A stretch of 64,000 nucleotides of DNA. Source: Azolla caroliniana. Its lineage: Eukaryota; Plantae; Polypodiophyta. Shown one piece after another: positions 61,469 to 64,000 of the stretch. The first letter of the stretch is position 1; every line of letters begins with the position of its first letter. The position numbers and the translations under genes are program-made. Under the pieces are notes generated by a model. That model saw nothing but the letters and a program-made list of their open reading frames with translations. It ran no database searches and was not told the origin of the DNA. The stretch covers positions 13,392,001 through 13,456,000 of the forward strand of contig JBHGNT010000009.1 in the NCBI GenBank assembly GCA_043228905.1, in the 5' to 3' direction.

Positions 61469-63920
61469 ATGGCACTGTCAGACAAAGCACGACAATGGAT
61501 GACAGAAAACGGGATGGAAGGGCTGCTGCGCATCGCCGATGCTCCACCACACGCAAAACCGGAGCAAGCGGCAACAACAATAGACCTATCGGAAGTAACG
61601 GAACGAGCGGTGCAGGCGCTCACGGGAATAAAAGCCGGGGGACTCCGATCGATTGAAAACCCAGCCAATCAGATCCTGTTCGAGTATTTCGGTGAATACT
61701 CCATAATCAGCAAGGCGTACCGAACACAGGGCGGATAGAACCTGCTGTTCGGAGAGGTGGCCCGGGCCATGATGGAACACGGGCTCGTGCATCCTCGTCC
61801 TCTGGCCATTCCCAAGGACCGGGCAGGGTTCGTGATTGCGGCGTAGAAGGGTTGCAAGTGGACTGGCTACACTTCATAACCGAAGGGCTGAAGGACGCCA
61901 TCAGGAACCTAGTAGACGGAAAAAAGCCATGGGCCGGAATAACGTAGTGGCTGACGATGTTAGTCCCACCGGTACTCCCCATCAAACAGAAGAAGAGAGG
62001 TCAGCAGGAGACCACTCCGAAGAAGACGGCAAAACGCCGACAGATCCTGGAGAAACACACCCCGGGATGGACCCAGGAGGAAGGAGAATAGTAGGAGGAA
62101 GGACCATCCCAATGGCAACCGGAACAGGCGCCGGCACAGGTGAAACCGACGGGGAAAGGAAAAGAAAAAACGGCAAAGAAGACCAACCGAGAACCGGCCG
62201 AGGAAGAGCCGGTGGTGCACAAGCCGATCAAGATAATGCAGCGACGGCCGGAACCCGAACCAGAGGATTTCATACAAAAGGTCCGTCTGGGAACCGCACT
62301 GGAGGAGGAAGCTGAGATAGAAGTCTCATCCGAACAACTGGTGAGACAACCACCAAGACAAGGACGGGAGAAACAGGCGAAAGGACCGGCTCTACCAGTT
62401 GACGGTACTCAGCGACGGGCGAAGGGACCACCTCCAGTAGCCGGGGCGGAAGGAAAAAAGGACGAAGTCAGGACCGCACCGAAGGGGGCAGCACCGGAAC
62501 CGGTTTTGCCGGATTCCAGAGAACCGGTCATTCCGGATATAAGGAATGAACGAGTAGCCGAACACTAATCTATAACGACTGACTGCAGGAAGAGAAGGAT
62601 AGACTACGTCGACAGGCCGAGCAGGAAATAGAGCGGCTTCAGGAAGAACTCCGACAATAGAAGGACCGGGACGACCGGTTACGGGCTCAGGTGAACCGAC
62701 GCCTGAAGCAGAAAACAGAGGATTTCGACAGACTGTACCGAGATCACAAGCAGGCCGAGTCGGACAACAAGAAACAGGGAGCAGAATACGACCGGCAGAT
62801 AGAGAAGCTGAAAGAGCAGCTCAAGGAAACCCGACTGGATCTGGCCAAGACAATGGAGGAGTTAGATGTCAAGAAAGAGGCATTGTCGGCGGAAAAGACC
62901 CTGGTGTCCGAGCAAAGGAAGGAGTTGGAGGCAGTTCGGCAGGAGAAGTTGGAAATAACAAAGTATCGGAATGAAGAAAAGGAACGGTCTACGTACGTGA
63001 TCAACAAACTGCAAAGTACCTATGAAAGGAAGGCAGCGGAATACGAAGCCCAGGCCCAGGCAACGGCTGCGATTATAAAACGGGCAAGAAAGGAAAAGCA
63101 AGAAGCATATGCACAGGCTAAAGTAGGGGCGGACCGGATCTAGCTCATCATGTCATCATGGAGTAACTGAGCGCAGGCTAGCATCAACAAAAGCACTGAG
63201 AAGCTATGGAAGGAGTGGTCGCAACAGGCAGCCGAGCTGCAGACACTCCGAGCGGACGCTGAGAATTGGAGGAAGACGGGTGACAAGTTTTACAAGATGG
63301 ATGAAGAAAGTATCGTCACTATTCGGGAAGAATTGTCGGAGGATTTCTTCGATTTGGCAGAAGAACATCTAAAGCAGATCCGAGGGTTGGTGGAAAGGCT
63401 GGATGACGGGCAACTCGCAACTCAGTTGGAGTTGGAGAAGTACGAGCAGGACCGCTTACGACAGGAAGCCGAGGAAAAAACGACGCTGATCGCTATAAGG
63501 GAGGAAGAGCGACCGGCTGAAGCTGAACCAACCGACACCGAACAACCCCGACAGGGAATACCCGAAGAAGAGCTTCCGGTCCAAGAAAATCAAGAGGAGC
63601 AGTTGCAGACCGATGCCGGGGAAGAAGAGGAGCTAGGACAAGGGAACACCAGGTCGGAGGAAGAAGTAGCACCAAACCGGCTTGTCGAGACCGGGGAAAG
63701 CGACACCGGTAACAGAACAGAGCCCGGAACGGAAGAAGAACAAGAGGAACCCGGACAGAGCGGAGAGGAAGCACCGGCACCACAGAACCAAGAAGAGCCG
63801 GAGCAGCAACCAATTCAACCGGAGGTTGGAGAAGAGGCAGGCAAGGAACGGGAACCCGAGGAAGAGGCACCACTTGACACTTTCGAGCGGACCTTGCTCG
63901 ACATTTTGGAGGAAGACTGA
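61469..63920 (+). pseudogene. Extra sense ORF of the gypsy element (~800 aa; globular N-terminus, coiled coil, acidic tail)
   Basis: ORF pieces 61244-61738, 62140-62568, 62691-63143 and 63297-63920, broken by TAG/TGA stops and frameshifts. A homolog lies at 33560-35293. Confidence 0.7.
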
Positions 63921-64000
63921 GGCCGTGTGTGGGTTCGAAGTGCAAAGCAATTTCCCACGTGCGTGCCATGTGTTGGCCGGTTAGAAGTGGAAGGACAAGT

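Overview
This window is plant nuclear, TE-dense DNA. The TE families and heavy CpG/CHG C-to-T decay suggest a non-seed plant such as a fern, which is an inference. Most of it is nested, decayed LTR retrotransposons: one Ty1/copia family with tRNA-iMet PBS (4 large copies plus fragments), a second Tork/TAR-like copia family, a non-chromovirus Ty3/gypsy family with an extra 3' ORF (4 pieces), a chromovirus (2 pieces) and several solo LTRs. Other content: a spliced DDD DNA-transposase pseudogene (Sola2-like motifs, 3 copies or fragments) whose intron is made of TAGCTAATTAGCTA palindromes and which faces an FCP1/NIF phosphatase-like ORF; a hAT MITE; a foldback element; and one apparently intact 3-exon thioredoxin h gene (45815-46753, minus strand) that the ORF track only partly shows. 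The most striking observation is that four different LTR families each carry a tRNA-like A-box/B-box cassette with 43-44 nt spacing, antisense and upstream of the TATA box. In the two chromovirus-type LTRs this cassette sits next to a heat-shock-element array.
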